From assembly GCA_900548735.1 (NCBI GenBank), contig URMC01000002.1, positions 1-51,416 on the forward strand: a DNA stretch of 51,416 nucleotides. The letters are read 5' to 3'. A program made the translations under genes and the position numbers. Shown here piece by piece: positions 20,535 to 29,912 of the stretch. Origin of the DNA: an uncultured Eubacteriales bacterium. GTDB lineage: Bacteria; Bacillota; Clostridia; Oscillospirales; CAG-272. Positions within the stretch are counted from its first letter, which is position 1, and each line of letters begins with the position of its first letter. A model generated the notes under the pieces. That model made no database searches, had not been told where the DNA came from, and saw nothing but the letters and a program-made list of their open reading frames with translations.

Positions 20535-22016
20535 TTACTGTTTTTCCGGCGAAGTAAATTCGGGATAGCGCATCCCCAACAGGCACCGGAAAAACGGGGG
20601 AAGAATCACAAGCGACGCAAGAATCCACGCGCCGGGGTCGCCGAAGCAGACCGCCGCAAACGCAAGCGTGGAAGCCGTGGCGTCAATCGCGCCGCCGTTG
20701 ACCCACAAGGGCAAAAAGGTGCAGATCAGCACCCGCGCCACCAGTTCCGCCATGCCGGCGCCCAGCACAAACCCGGCTCTCCCGATCCCCTGTACGCCGG
20801 CGCGTACCACAATCAGAAATCCCAAAAACACATACAGGCAAATATCCACCTTGAGAAACGTGTTGCCAAACCGCACCGATTCGGGCGTGACTTTATCCGC
20901 GCTCATAAAGATATACTGATACGCCCCGTGAATCGACAGCAACAGCCCCGCGGCAAGGCAGACGGCGGAAATCCCCACCATCAGCAAAAGCGATTGCAAC
21001 GTGCCTTTGCGGATGCGGGCGAAATCCCCTTTTCCGTAATTCTGCGCGTTATAGCCCAGAATCGCCGTCCCCAGCCCGTTGAACCCTGCCATCAGGAAAT
21101 TGACCAGTTTGTTGGCAGCGCCGAAACCGTTTTGCGCCGGGGTGTTTGCCACCATCAATCCTCCCGCGGTCAGGTCAAACTTCACCACTGCCCCGTGCAT
21201 CACAATAATGCCGATGGCAAGAATCGAAAACTGCAACCCTTGCGGAATTCCCTGCTGCAGGTGCGCCCACATCGCGGCAAAGGGCACCCGCCAATCCGTT
21301 TTTTTCGGGCGCAACTCCGGATAGCGGGAAAAAGCGTAGGCAAAACATCCGACCATACTGAGCAGTTGGGCGACGACCGTGGCAATCGCCGCGCCGGCGG
21401 GACCCATGCGAAAGCCGAGCAGAAACAGCAAGTCCAGCCCCACGTTCAGCGCGGTGGAGACCACCAGAAACAGCAGCGGCGTGACCGAATCCCCAAGCGA
21501 CCGGAGAATCCCGCAGATGAAATTGTACCCCATCTGCGCCGCAATACCGAGAAAGATGACAAAGCAATAAATATACGCCGCACCGTAGACCTCTTTGTTG
21601 GTCGGGGTCACGTGAATAATCCCCAGCATCCGGGGCAGCAGGAGGAGCGAGAGCACCGTCAGCACGGCGGAAATGGCAACGGAAAGATAAATCTGCGTCA
21701 CAAGCGAGCGCCTGACCCCCGCCTTTTCCCCGCACCCGGCATAGCGAGCGGTCAGCACGCCGAAACCGCCGGTACAGCCGAAAGCAAACTGCAAAAAGAT
21801 GAAAGTCAGCGGGTAGGTGTCATTGACCCCGGCGACCTCCCCGACGCTGAGCACCTGCCCGCAGATAATCGCGTCGGTCAGCACATAAATCTGTTGCAGA
21901 AGATAAGAAAGCATAATCGGCGCGGCATACCGCAAAATCACTTTCCAGGGCGTGCCGGCGGTCAGTTCCACCGGGCGGGAAAGCCGCGAAAGAAGGCTGT
22001 TTTGATGTTTCTCCAT
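20535..22016 (-). CDS. MATE-family efflux transporter
   Basis: 493 aa, 12-TM-like. N-terminal PWKVILRYAAPIMLSYLLQQIYVLTDAIICGQ is typical of MATE; RBS aaggagg. Confidence 0.9.
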   Translation of the reverse strand: MEKHQNSLLSRLSRPVELTAGTPWKVILRYAAPIMLSYLLQQIYVLTDAIICGQVLSVGEVAGVNDTYPLTFIFLQFAFGCTGGFGVLTARYAGCGEKAGVRRSLVTQIYLSVAISAVLTVLSLLLLPRMLGIIHVTPTNKEVYGAAYIYCFVIFLGIAAQMGYNFICGILRSLGDSVTPLLFLVVSTALNVGLDLLFLLGFRMGPAGAAIATVVAQLLSMVGCFAYAFSRYPELRPKKTDWRVPFAAMWAHLQQGIPQGLQFSILAIGIIVMHGAVVKFDLTAGGLMVANTPAQNGFGAANKLVNFLMAGFNGLGTAILGYNAQNYGKGDFARIRKGTLQSLLLMVGISAVCLAAGLLLSIHGAYQYIFMSADKVTPESVRFGNTFLKVDICLYVFLGFLIVVRAGVQGIGRAGFVLGAGMAELVARVLICTFLPLWVNGGAIDATASTLAFAAVCFGDPGAWILASLVILPPFFRCLLGMRYPEFTSPEKQ

Positions 22017-22154
22017 TCTGCACCCCTCCTTTTAATCGAGGCTATTATATAATCCCATACCGCAAAAATCAACACCTTTTGCAAAAAAATAACGGTAAAT
22101 TTTCGGGGTCAGCTTCCGCCCGCCCGGCGCCCGCGGGCGCTGACAACATTCCCC

Positions 22155-22183
22155 TTGATTTTATCCCGGAAATATGTTACAAT
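22155..22183 (+). promoter_or_regulatory. Possible promoter for the acyltransferase gene
   Basis: TTGATT, 17 nt, TACAAT. Confidence 0.4.
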
Positions 22184-22224
22184 AAGAGTCCGTCCAACAA
22201 TACGAGCGTTTCGGGAGGAATCAT

Positions 22225-23358
22225 ATGCAGGAAAAACGGGCAGGCATCAGCGCCAATCTGTTGCGGGTATTCGCAACGCTTTTCGTCTTTTTATTACATG
22301 GCAGATGTTACCTGGCAGACCCGAAAAAACTGCCGCCGGTGTTGCAGTGGCTTACCTGTCTGCCGGCGTGGGCAGGCGTGTGGATTTTTCTGCTTTTATC
22401 CGGCTACGGGATCGGCTACGGGTTTTTCAGCGGCAGATATTCCTTGCGCGAGAACGGAAAACTCAGCGCCCGCAAATTCGGCGGTTTTTATCTTGCCCGC
22501 TTTCTCAAAGTGGCGCCGCTGTATTACCTCTACTGTGTCTTTTACGAAATCCTCTCCGGGACAGGATACTTTTGGCACAACCCGAAACAGCTGCTTCGTA
22601 TGCTGACCTTTACGTTCAACGGGAACGCCGCCGCGGGCGGGGTCGGGCATTTGTGGTATATTTCCATTGCCATGCAACTGTATCTGCTGATGCCCTTTCT
22701 CTATCTTGCCCTTGCCCCTCTGCAAAAGAAAAAGCGGGGGCTGTCCGGCACTCTTCTCGCCGTGCTGGCGCTGGGGTGCGCCGTCCGGTGCCTCATTGTG
22801 CGGCTGGGATTTGACTGGTACACCTATTCTTATACCAACTGTTTCGTCAATCTGGATCTGGTCGCCATCGGGATGCTGATTGCCGCGCTGAAACTCGGCT
22901 TTGACATCACGCCGGGGCACCCCGAAAGATGGAAAGCGCTGGCGGCAGTGCTCTTTGCGGGGCTGGTGCTTTACAACTGCTTTATTTACAACCGCGCAAC
23001 CACGCACGATACGTTTCTTTACCGGTGTATTCTGCCCTCGGCTTATGCGGCGATATGCGGGCTTTTGCTGCTGCTCTCCGGTTGCGGCGCCACCATTCGC
23101 CCCCGCCCGTTGGTCACGGCAATCAACCGGTTTGCAGGGTACTCTTACTCGTTTTATATCCTCCACGTTGCATCGTTTGACTACCTGAAACCCCTGCTTT
23201 TGCAGGCCTCCCCCGTGGCGGATCTTTCGCCCGCCCTGCAATATGCCATCTTTATTCCGGCGGCTTTCCTGCTGACTCTCCTGACGGCGGTGCCTTTCCA
23301 GTGGATCGGCAAAGAAATCCTTTCCCGGTATAAAAACAGGAAGAAAAAGGAGGCGTGA
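22225..23358 (+). CDS. Acyltransferase family 3 (membrane O-acyltransferase)
   Basis: Polytopic; N-terminal ANLLRVFATLFVFLLHG with conserved His typical of acyltransferase_3; RBS gggagg. Confidence 0.85.
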   Translation: MQEKRAGISANLLRVFATLFVFLLHGRCYLADPKKLPPVLQWLTCLPAWAGVWIFLLLSGYGIGYGFFSGRYSLRENGKLSARKFGGFYLARFLKVAPLYYLYCVFYEILSGTGYFWHNPKQLLRMLTFTFNGNAAAGGVGHLWYISIAMQLYLLMPFLYLALAPLQKKKRGLSGTLLAVLALGCAVRCLIVRLGFDWYTYSYTNCFVNLDLVAIGMLIAALKLGFDITPGHPERWKALAAVLFAGLVLYNCFIYNRATTHDTFLYRCILPSAYAAICGLLLLLSGCGATIRPRPLVTAINRFAGYSYSFYILHVASFDYLKPLLLQASPVADLSPALQYAIFIPAAFLLTLLTAVPFQWIGKEILSRYKNRKKKEA

Positions 23359-24335
23359 TGATGAAAAAAAGACTGATTTTGTTTTCTGCTTTCCTGTTGT
23401 TTTTCTGCCTTGCCCTCGGCACCGGGATTTTCGGTGCGTCGGCAAAAGAGAAAGAATTCGGCTCCAAAAATAACCCTTACCGGATTGAAACCAAAGAGGA
23501 TTTGCTGGCGTTTGCCCTCTCGGTCAACGAGGGGAGAAACTATGAGGGGGAATACCTCCTGCAAACCGCCGATATTGACCTTGCGGGCGTAGACTGGCCG
23601 ACCATCGGGCTTTTCGGCTCCGAATACGCGTTCCTCGGCACTTACAATGGCGGGGGGCACGTGATTCTCAATCTGACGGTCAACGTGGGCGGCAACAATG
23701 CGCTGTTCGGGCAGCTGGGCGGCACGGTGATGAATCTCGGGATTGAAAGCGGAACGATCACCGGCGCCTGTCTCGGAGGCATCACCAGCCATTCCAGCAG
23801 AGTCAGTGCGCAGATCATCAACTGCTATAACAAAGCCACCGTCAAAGGCGCGCGGGTGGGCGGCATTGCAGACAACTTCAACGGCACCATCTCCAACTGC
23901 TGGTCGGAATGTGAACTGCTGGCGGACTCCCCCGAAAATATCGGCGGGATTGTGTCTTTCGGAGCCTTTTCCCTGAACAACTGTATCAGTATCGAGCCGA
24001 AAAAGCGCGGCTCCGCCGTGTTGCAGGGCACCACCGTGGTTGACCGCGCGGACGCGGATCTGGAAGAAATCGTCAGGCAGCTGAATCAAAACCTGTACAG
24101 CACTGCCATTGCGGCGGAGATTGACTATCACGATCTCTGCACCTGGAAGGTCAGCGAGGACGGGCAAAGCATCGTCTTTTCCTCCGAAACTGCACGCTTT
24201 CAGGCAAAATACGCCGGGGCGTTCTTCAAAGTCTATCTCGTGGAAGCCCTGCCGTATCTGCTGTTACTGCTTGGCTGTGCCTGCGTGATTCTGGTCTGCC
24301 GGAAAGCAACCGCGAAAAAACAAATGGATACTTGA
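23355..24335 (+). CDS. Secreted GLUG-motif-like (beta-helix type) surface protein with C-terminal TM anchor
   Basis: Signal peptide MMKKRLILFSAFLLFFCLALG; repeated G-rich turns (IGLFGS..GTYNGGGHVILNL..LFGQLGG..GGITS..VGGIADN..IGGIVS); C-terminal ALPYLLLLLGCACVILVC helix. Overlaps the acyltransferase stop codon. Confidence 0.6.
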   Translation: MMMKKRLILFSAFLLFFCLALGTGIFGASAKEKEFGSKNNPYRIETKEDLLAFALSVNEGRNYEGEYLLQTADIDLAGVDWPTIGLFGSEYAFLGTYNGGGHVILNLTVNVGGNNALFGQLGGTVMNLGIESGTITGACLGGITSHSSRVSAQIINCYNKATVKGARVGGIADNFNGTISNCWSECELLADSPENIGGIVSFGAFSLNNCISIEPKKRGSAVLQGTTVVDRADADLEEIVRQLNQNLYSTAIAAEIDYHDLCTWKVSEDGQSIVFSSETARFQAKYAGAFFKVYLVEALPYLLLLLGCACVILVCRKATAKKQMDT

Positions 24336-24347
24336 CAGGAGGAAAAA

Positions 24348-25232
24348 ATGATGGAATATATTCTGGAAAACGAACAACTGAAAGTGACCGTTTCGGATGA
24401 AGGCGCGGAAATCCGCTCCATCGTCGGCAAAAAGACCGGAACCGAATATCTCTGGCAAGGTGACCCTACCTATTGGTCCGGGCGCGCACCGGTGCTTTTC
24501 CCCATTTGCGGGCGGCTGACCGAGGGCAAGTATACCTGGAAAGGGCAGACGTATGAAATGAATCTGCACGGGTTTGCCCGCCGCAGTGTATTCACCGCAG
24601 AAAAGGTCGGTGACCATACAGTTACCTTCCTGTTGACCGCAAACGAAGAAACCAAAAAAATGTATCCGTTTGATTTTGAGTTCCGGATGACGTATACCCT
24701 GACGGACAGCACCGTGGAATGTCGTTATGACGTGAAAAACGAGAAAGAAAGGGATCTGCCTTTTGCCGTGGGCGGGCATCCCGGCTTCAACGTACCGATG
24801 GAAGCAGGCAAAAATTTTGAAGACTACCGGCTGGAATTTGCCTGTGCCAAAGAGCCGCGCGAGTTGGTATTCTCCGACACCTGTTTTGACACCGGCAAGA
24901 CCCGTGCGTTCCCGCTGGAGGAAGGCAGAATTCTTCCGCTCCGTCACAGCCTTTTTGATATTGACGCAGTGTTTCTTACCGATATGTGCCACAAGGTCAC
25001 GCTGGGAACCCCCGGTGGCACCCGGTCGCTGACGCTCAGTTTCAAAGGCTTTCCTCACGTCGGGTTCTGGCACAAACCCCGCACCAAAGCCCCATGTGTC
25101 TGCATTGAGCCGTGGTGCAGCGTTCCTTCCCCGGACGGCGTAATCGACGACTTTGCAACCAAAAAAGAGTTGACGCACTTAAAAAAGGGCGAGAGCTACA
25201 CCAACGCGTTTGAAATCACGATCTGTGAATAA
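24348..25232 (+). CDS. Aldose 1-epimerase (galactose mutarotase-like) family protein
   Basis: EYLWQGDPTYWSGRAPVLFPICGRL and GGHPGFN, FWHKP, CIEPW motifs of the LacX/aldose-epimerase family. Confidence 0.85.
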   Translation: MMEYILENEQLKVTVSDEGAEIRSIVGKKTGTEYLWQGDPTYWSGRAPVLFPICGRLTEGKYTWKGQTYEMNLHGFARRSVFTAEKVGDHTVTFLLTANEETKKMYPFDFEFRMTYTLTDSTVECRYDVKNEKERDLPFAVGGHPGFNVPMEAGKNFEDYRLEFACAKEPRELVFSDTCFDTGKTRAFPLEEGRILPLRHSLFDIDAVFLTDMCHKVTLGTPGGTRSLTLSFKGFPHVGFWHKPRTKAPCVCIEPWCSVPSPDGVIDDFATKKELTHLKKGESYTNAFEITICE

Positions 25233-25239
25233 AGGTAAT

Positions 25240-25284
25240 GGGTGCCGGAAAACTCAACATGAGTTTTCCGGCACCCCATTTTTA
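25240..25284 (+). terminator. Intrinsic terminator
   Basis: gggtgccggaaaactc-aacat-gagttttccggcaccc followed by cattttt. Confidence 0.8.
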
Positions 25285-25286
25285 AC

Positions 25287-25321
25287 AGTGAAGAGTGAAA
25301 AGTGAAGAGTGAAAAAGTAAA
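25287..25321. repeat. Heptamer microsatellite (AGTGAAR)x4-5
   Basis: agtgaag agtgaaa agtgaag agtgaaa aagtaaa read directly. Confidence 0.6.
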
Positions 25322-25355
25322 AACCGGCAAGCATCTTTCGATGCTCGCCGGTTTT
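25322..25355 (-). terminator. Terminator of the tRNA-Thr/tRNA-Tyr unit
   Basis: ccggcaagcatc-tttc-gatgctcgccgg; T-run on the minus strand after the stem. Confidence 0.6.
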
Positions 25356-25440
25356 TGGTGGGAGCGGGTGGATTCGGACCACCGAAGGCAGTGCCAGCAG
25401 ATTTACAGTCTGTCCCCTTTGGCCACTCGGGAACGCTCCC
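25356..25440 (-). tRNA. tRNA-Tyr(GTA): tRNA-Tyr (anticodon GTA), long variable arm, CCA encoded
   Basis: Reverse complement GGGAGCG...ACAGACTGTAAATCTGC...GGTCCGAATCCACCCGCTCCCACCA folds as a class II cloverleaf. Confidence 0.95.
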
Positions 25441-25483
25441 ATATGTTTGAAATGTATTCGGCGGCTCTGCCGCCGAATATCAC

Positions 25484-25558
25484 TGGAGCTGGTGAACGGA
25501 GTCGAACCATCAACCTGCTGATTACAAATCAGCTGCTCTGCCATTGAGCCACACCAGC
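25484..25558 (-). tRNA. tRNA-Thr(TGT): tRNA-Thr (anticodon TGT), CCA encoded
   Basis: Reverse complement GCTGGTGTGGCTCAATGGCAGAGCAGCTGATTTGTAATCAGCAGGTTGATGGTTCGACTCCGTTCACCAGCTCCA. Confidence 0.95.
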
Positions 25559-25575
25559 GATTTCGGAACGTTGCA

Positions 25576-25604
25576 ATTATACCACAGTCCTTGCCGCTTG
25601 TCAA
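25576..25604 (-). promoter_or_regulatory. Consensus sigma-A promoter for the tRNA unit
   Basis: Minus strand TTGACA, 17 nt, TGnTATAAT. Confidence 0.65.
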
Positions 25605-25681
25605 GCCCTTTTTGCAAAAAATGTGGTTTTTTCAAAAAGTTCGGCGGTGCCCCGCCCCGGCGTACCGGGGCGGGGCGGTTT

Positions 25682-27181
25682 TTACGCCAGCGGAATTTCG
25701 ATTATCGCCACGCAGGCGGGCGGCAGAACAACTTTCTCCGGAGTAACCTCCGCGGCGAGCGCGGGAGTTACCTGATCCGGCGCCTCAAACGTGTTGACGG
25801 TGTCCGGGTTGTCACAGTGCAAAACGCGCACCGTTGCCGCCCCTTTTGTCGTTCCGCCGACAATGTGCAGGGCGATTTCCGCGCCGTTTTGCAAATCCGC
25901 ATTGGTCAGCGTAACGGTCACTTTTCCCTCCTTCACCGAGGCGGAGGCGGAAAAGCGCAGAATTTTTGTCTCCTGCCCGTCCTTGGGATTGATGTACGCA
26001 ATCTCGTCGTTGTCGATTGCGGTGCGCACGGCGGTGGCGTCCATATGCCCCTGATAGAGGTCAAAAACGTGATACGTGGGAGTGGTAATGCACCGATCCC
26101 CCGCCGCCAGCATCAGGCTTTGCAGATTGTTGACCACCTGCGCGATGTTCGCCATCCGGATTTTGTCGCAGTTGTTCTGAAAAATGTTCAGCGTGTTCCC
26201 CGCTACCAGTGCCTCGCGCATGGTGGATTGCTGTTCATACAGATTTGCCCCTTTGCTGGGGCCGCTGCCGGGCTTGTGCCAGGTGCCCCACTCGTCAAAC
26301 ACCAGTTTTGCCTCTTTTTCCATCCCGTAGCCCATGATAAAGCCCCAGGTGCGGTCGATCACCGTTTGCGTGCGTTGCACTTTGCGCATCGTGTCATACC
26401 AGCCGTCCGCATCAAATCCGCGGCACTCGCTGCCCCCGCAATAGTAGTGGAGCGTATAGCCGTTGAATTTGCTGTACCGCAGGTGCCGGAGCTCCCCCAG
26501 GCAGTCTCTTGCCCAATCCGCTTCCAGCCCATTGGTGCCGGAAACAAACAGTTCCCCGCCCATATATCGGGTCAGGTCGTAGAGCACCGCGGCGTATTTG
26601 CGGTACTCATGCGCGTAATTGACGGCGCTCATCTCGCCGCCACCGCCCCAGGTCTCGTTGCCCACGCCCCAGTATCGGACGCCAAACGGCTCCGGATCGC
26701 CGTTTTTCTCACGTTCCAGCGCCAGTGTGGTACTCCCGCGCGGAGAGTTGCAGTAATCCATCCAGTCCCGCGCGTCCATCGGAGTCATGGTGGTGATATT
26801 GACGGCAAAATACGGCTCTGCCCCTATCAGGCGGCAAAGGTGAACAAACTCATGCGTGCCCACGGCGTTGCTCTCGGTTCTCCCGTCCTCATACCCCCAC
26901 CAGGAAAGCCGTGTGGGGCGTTTTTCGCGGGGACCGATACCGTCCCTCCAATGGTAGGTCTCGGCAAAGCACCCGCCGGGCCACCGGAGCACCGGCACGT
27001 GAATGGCGCGCAGTTTTTCCACCGCTTCCGTTCTCCATCCGCCGATGTTGGGCACCGGAGAGTCCTCCCCCACCCACAGCCCGTCATACATCACGCCGCC
27101 GATGTGTTCGGCAAACTGACCGTAGATGTTTTTGTCGATCGTGCCGATTTTTTCGGGCAACATTATGTAAAGATTTTTCAT
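25682..27181 (-). CDS. GH51 alpha-L-arabinofuranosidase
   Basis: NIYGQFAEHIGGVMYDGLWVG...LRWPGGCFAETYHW...WGVGNETWG (acid/base Glu context) are typical of AbfA-type GH51; RBS aaggaga. Confidence 0.9.
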   Translation of the reverse strand: MKNLYIMLPEKIGTIDKNIYGQFAEHIGGVMYDGLWVGEDSPVPNIGGWRTEAVEKLRAIHVPVLRWPGGCFAETYHWRDGIGPREKRPTRLSWWGYEDGRTESNAVGTHEFVHLCRLIGAEPYFAVNITTMTPMDARDWMDYCNSPRGSTTLALEREKNGDPEPFGVRYWGVGNETWGGGGEMSAVNYAHEYRKYAAVLYDLTRYMGGELFVSGTNGLEADWARDCLGELRHLRYSKFNGYTLHYYCGGSECRGFDADGWYDTMRKVQRTQTVIDRTWGFIMGYGMEKEAKLVFDEWGTWHKPGSGPSKGANLYEQQSTMREALVAGNTLNIFQNNCDKIRMANIAQVVNNLQSLMLAAGDRCITTPTYHVFDLYQGHMDATAVRTAIDNDEIAYINPKDGQETKILRFSASASVKEGKVTVTLTNADLQNGAEIALHIVGGTTKGAATVRVLHCDNPDTVNTFEAPDQVTPALAAEVTPEKVVLPPACVAIIEIPLA

Positions 27182-27190
27182 TTTTTCTCC

Positions 27191-29230
27191 TTATTCTATG
27201 AGGTATCGGATTTCGGTCTCGTTTGGGGCAAGATTAAATGTCCAAATCACGCCCTTTTGCGTACCCTCGACCTCGGGGCGCAGGTTGGTAGCGATCCGAC
27301 TGACGCCGAAAAGCCCTAACTTACCGCCCTCGTAAAGGCGGATACCGGTTTGAGAGCGGCGCAGAATCGCCGCGGGAGACAGAAATTTATCCGTCCGCCC
27401 CAAGGGGGTCACCCGCCCGCTGAGCGGGAAGAAGAGATACAGCCGAAAGGCGTCATGATCCGGCAGGGTCAGGGTAAACCGCTCGCCCCGTTCCAGCACG
27501 AAATTCTCACCCGTCAACTGCTCGCATACCAGGTACCGCCCGGCGCGCATCCCCGCGTCGGCGGCGGAAATTTCCCCGGTTTGCGGTTTGTTTTCCTCAT
27601 GCAGGTTGAACGCGGCAAGCACGCCGCAACCGTTCACACGGTTGAAAATTTTAAACGGCGTATCGGCTGTCCGCGGGTCGGTGAGCAGGCAATCGTTGGT
27701 CGGGGTTGCCTGCCCGTCGGCGCGAAGCAACTTGCCGTCCGAAAAGCACAGCGGAGAGAGAATCTCCCCACGGGAGCGCCCCAGCTTGTCGCTGACGTAT
27801 ACGGGCCCGCCGGAGATGGCGCGGCAGACGCTGTTTTTGAGCGCCTGTGCGTCGTCCGTCCACCACATATCCCAATCGCTGAAATAAAACTGTCCCTGAA
27901 AAAGCGAATTGTAGGAGCATTGCAGAATATGTTTGGCAAACCACGCGCTGTTTTCGGGCATAAAATCGTCCGAGCAGCGGGAAACGGCGCTTTCCGCACG
28001 GTTCCACATACACTCGCTTGCCATGCCCATGCAGTTGATCAGCCCGTCGCCGAAATGCTCTTTTGTCACGGTTTCAATCGCACCCTGAATTGCCGCGGCA
28101 GCCTCGCCTACGGGCAATAAGTGCCGATACGTGTTGCGATAATGGCTTTGGTTATCCACTTTTACAAAATCGCCGCCGGCATTTTGAATCATCTCCTGCA
28201 TCGCGGTGTGAAACCGTTCTGCCGCCTCTCTCGTGGGTTTGACCACCAGTTTCCCCGCAGGGGTCATCACAAGGTCATCCGCCATGCGCGCGGCAAGCGG
28301 CCCGTTCGGATCCACGCCTTTCCAATATCCGGTGGTGGGATACCACACGCCGACTTTGAACCCCTTTCGGTGCAGTGTGTCAATCGCGCCCGACAGTCCG
28401 TTCGGAAAGCGTGTGGGGTCTGCCTCCATTTCATACAGCGCACTGCCGTGCATCACCTTCACCATTTCGGCAAACGGGAGGTCGGCGGGCACTTCGTTCA
28501 GCCCCTTGACGTGCCCCCACATATCATCGATGATGCACCAGCGCACCGGAATCTTTTTGGCAAGAAATTCGTCCGCCTTTTCGGCAAGCCCCGCTTCGCT
28601 CACACGGATCTGAAACGCATCCCACGAGCACCAGCCGAGATACTCAAAAATTTCGGGAAAGGGTTTTCGGTCAATGGTTTTCACCCTGCCGCAAAGTACG
28701 CGCTCCGCCGCCTCTGCCGCACCGCGAAGCAGCGCGTGCGGGTCTTTGCCCGCGGCAAGCAGGACGCATGCGGTCTCCGGAATTTCAGTCAGCCCCGGGG
28801 CAAAACTAAACAGCTGAATATCCAGTCCCTTTTCGCCGCCGGTCAGCACACAGTTGAACTTTTTGCCGCAAAGAGGCCACAAAAGCCGCCAGACTTTGCC
28901 CTCTTTCCAAAGCAGTGCCTGCGTGCGGGGGGGCACCTTGGCAAGCTCCTCCCCAAACTCCGGGCGGCACCAGAAATCCCCGTGCATTTTATCCGCCACA
29001 AACCGTACCTTCCGGTTGGGCAGGCGCACGGTCAGGGCGGCATCCTCCGAAAGGGTCTCACCCTGCGCCGTCAGCGCCGCCTTCACACGCAGTACCTGTG
29101 CGATCCCCACCCGCTCCGTGCGGATCTCGCATCTGCCCTCCGGCGCGTCGTATATCCCTTCTCTGTTGCGGGAAAGCGAAAACTCCCGCCCCGTGGCGGT
29201 TTGCAGAAAAACGGTAAAATTTTTGTTCAT
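27191..29230 (-). CDS. GH36-clan raffinose-synthase/Sip1-like alpha-galactosidase family protein
   Basis: GWCSWDAF, IIDDMWG, FVKVDNQ and RCSDDF motifs. ATG 29230 (RBS aaggaga) overlaps the HAD stop codon as ATGA. Confidence 0.8.
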   Translation of the reverse strand: MNKNFTVFLQTATGREFSLSRNREGIYDAPEGRCEIRTERVGIAQVLRVKAALTAQGETLSEDAALTVRLPNRKVRFVADKMHGDFWCRPEFGEELAKVPPRTQALLWKEGKVWRLLWPLCGKKFNCVLTGGEKGLDIQLFSFAPGLTEIPETACVLLAAGKDPHALLRGAAEAAERVLCGRVKTIDRKPFPEIFEYLGWCSWDAFQIRVSEAGLAEKADEFLAKKIPVRWCIIDDMWGHVKGLNEVPADLPFAEMVKVMHGSALYEMEADPTRFPNGLSGAIDTLHRKGFKVGVWYPTTGYWKGVDPNGPLAARMADDLVMTPAGKLVVKPTREAAERFHTAMQEMIQNAGGDFVKVDNQSHYRNTYRHLLPVGEAAAAIQGAIETVTKEHFGDGLINCMGMASECMWNRAESAVSRCSDDFMPENSAWFAKHILQCSYNSLFQGQFYFSDWDMWWTDDAQALKNSVCRAISGGPVYVSDKLGRSRGEILSPLCFSDGKLLRADGQATPTNDCLLTDPRTADTPFKIFNRVNGCGVLAAFNLHEENKPQTGEISAADAGMRAGRYLVCEQLTGENFVLERGERFTLTLPDHDAFRLYLFFPLSGRVTPLGRTDKFLSPAAILRRSQTGIRLYEGGKLGLFGVSRIATNLRPEVEGTQKGVIWTFNLAPNETEIRYLIE

Positions 29231-29904
29231 TCCGACAGCTTCTCCTTCCATATCCGAATCATTTCGGTAAAATCCTTTGTCACACTGAGCACGGGGACGC
29301 GGCTTTTCTCATCCCGTTCCGGGGCTTTTTCGCCGATGAGGGCGATCCCGGCGACCCCTGCCGCCCTTGCCGCCTGCACGCCGGAATAGGAATCCTCAAA
29401 TACAGTGCACTCCCCCGGCGCCGCACGCAGGCGCTTTGCCGCAAGTAAAAATCCGTCCGGCTCCGGCTTACCGGGAAAGGTGCCGTCGTCCAGCACGATC
29501 CTCTCCCGGTCAAACCAGCGGGAAAGCCCGAAAATGCGGAAGTAAAAATCCACGTTGCTGCACTCCGACCCGGTGGCAATGGTAAAATGCACGCCCGCGG
29601 CACGCAGATAATCCAAAAATTCCTCCGCCCCCGCCACCAGATGACAACTTGCGGGGTCGGCAACGCACAACTCCCGGTAAATTCCCTCTTTTTCCTGTGC
29701 CATACGCGCGATTTCCGCCTCACTCACGCCCTCTCCGAACATCCGCCGGAGGATAAACGCATTTGCCCTGCCGAGAAAAAATTTTTCCAGTTCTTCCCTC
29801 GTCACGCGCTTGCCGTAGCGGTCGGCAAACACGTGCCATGCCGCCATATGTTTTTCGGAATCTTGAAACAGCGTTCCGTTGAAATCAAATATAACAGAAT
29901 GCAT
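29227..29904 (-). CDS. HAD-superfamily hydrolase (beta-phosphoglucomutase-like subfamily IA) with D-x-N motif I
   Basis: Motif I IFDFNGTLF, motif II TGS, C-terminal FEDSYSGVQAARAAG; RBS aggagg. Confidence 0.85.
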   Translation of the reverse strand: MHSVIFDFNGTLFQDSEKHMAAWHVFADRYGKRVTREELEKFFLGRANAFILRRMFGEGVSEAEIARMAQEKEGIYRELCVADPASCHLVAGAEEFLDYLRAAGVHFTIATGSECSNVDFYFRIFGLSRWFDRERIVLDDGTFPGKPEPDGFLLAAKRLRAAPGECTVFEDSYSGVQAARAAGVAGIALIGEKAPERDEKSRVPVLSVTKDFTEMIRIWKEKLSE

Positions 29905-29912
29905 AAAGCCTC

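Noticed and set aside
17518-20628. 1036-aa minus-strand ORF antisense to ppdK
   Set aside because: It lies opposite an unmistakable full-length pyruvate phosphate dikinase. The translation is low-complexity (G/A/V/H/L/R-rich) with no motifs, a typical stop-poor antisense frame in high-GC DNA.
20472-22052. 526-aa plus-strand ORF opposite the MATE transporter
   Set aside because: Lys/Arg/Gln/His-rich nonsense composition, while the minus strand gives a clean 12-TM MATE protein.
22079-22814. ORFs 22079-22606 and 22155-22814 overlapping the acyltransferase start region
   Set aside because: They are alternative frames of the same strand with no RBS. The 22225 frame gives the characteristic polytopic acyltransferase_3 protein.
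25544-29389. Plus-strand ORFs 25544-27319 (591 aa), 27350-28120 and 28121-29389 opposite GH51/GH36
   Set aside because: All lack motifs and RBSs and lie antisense to glycosidases with clear family signatures.
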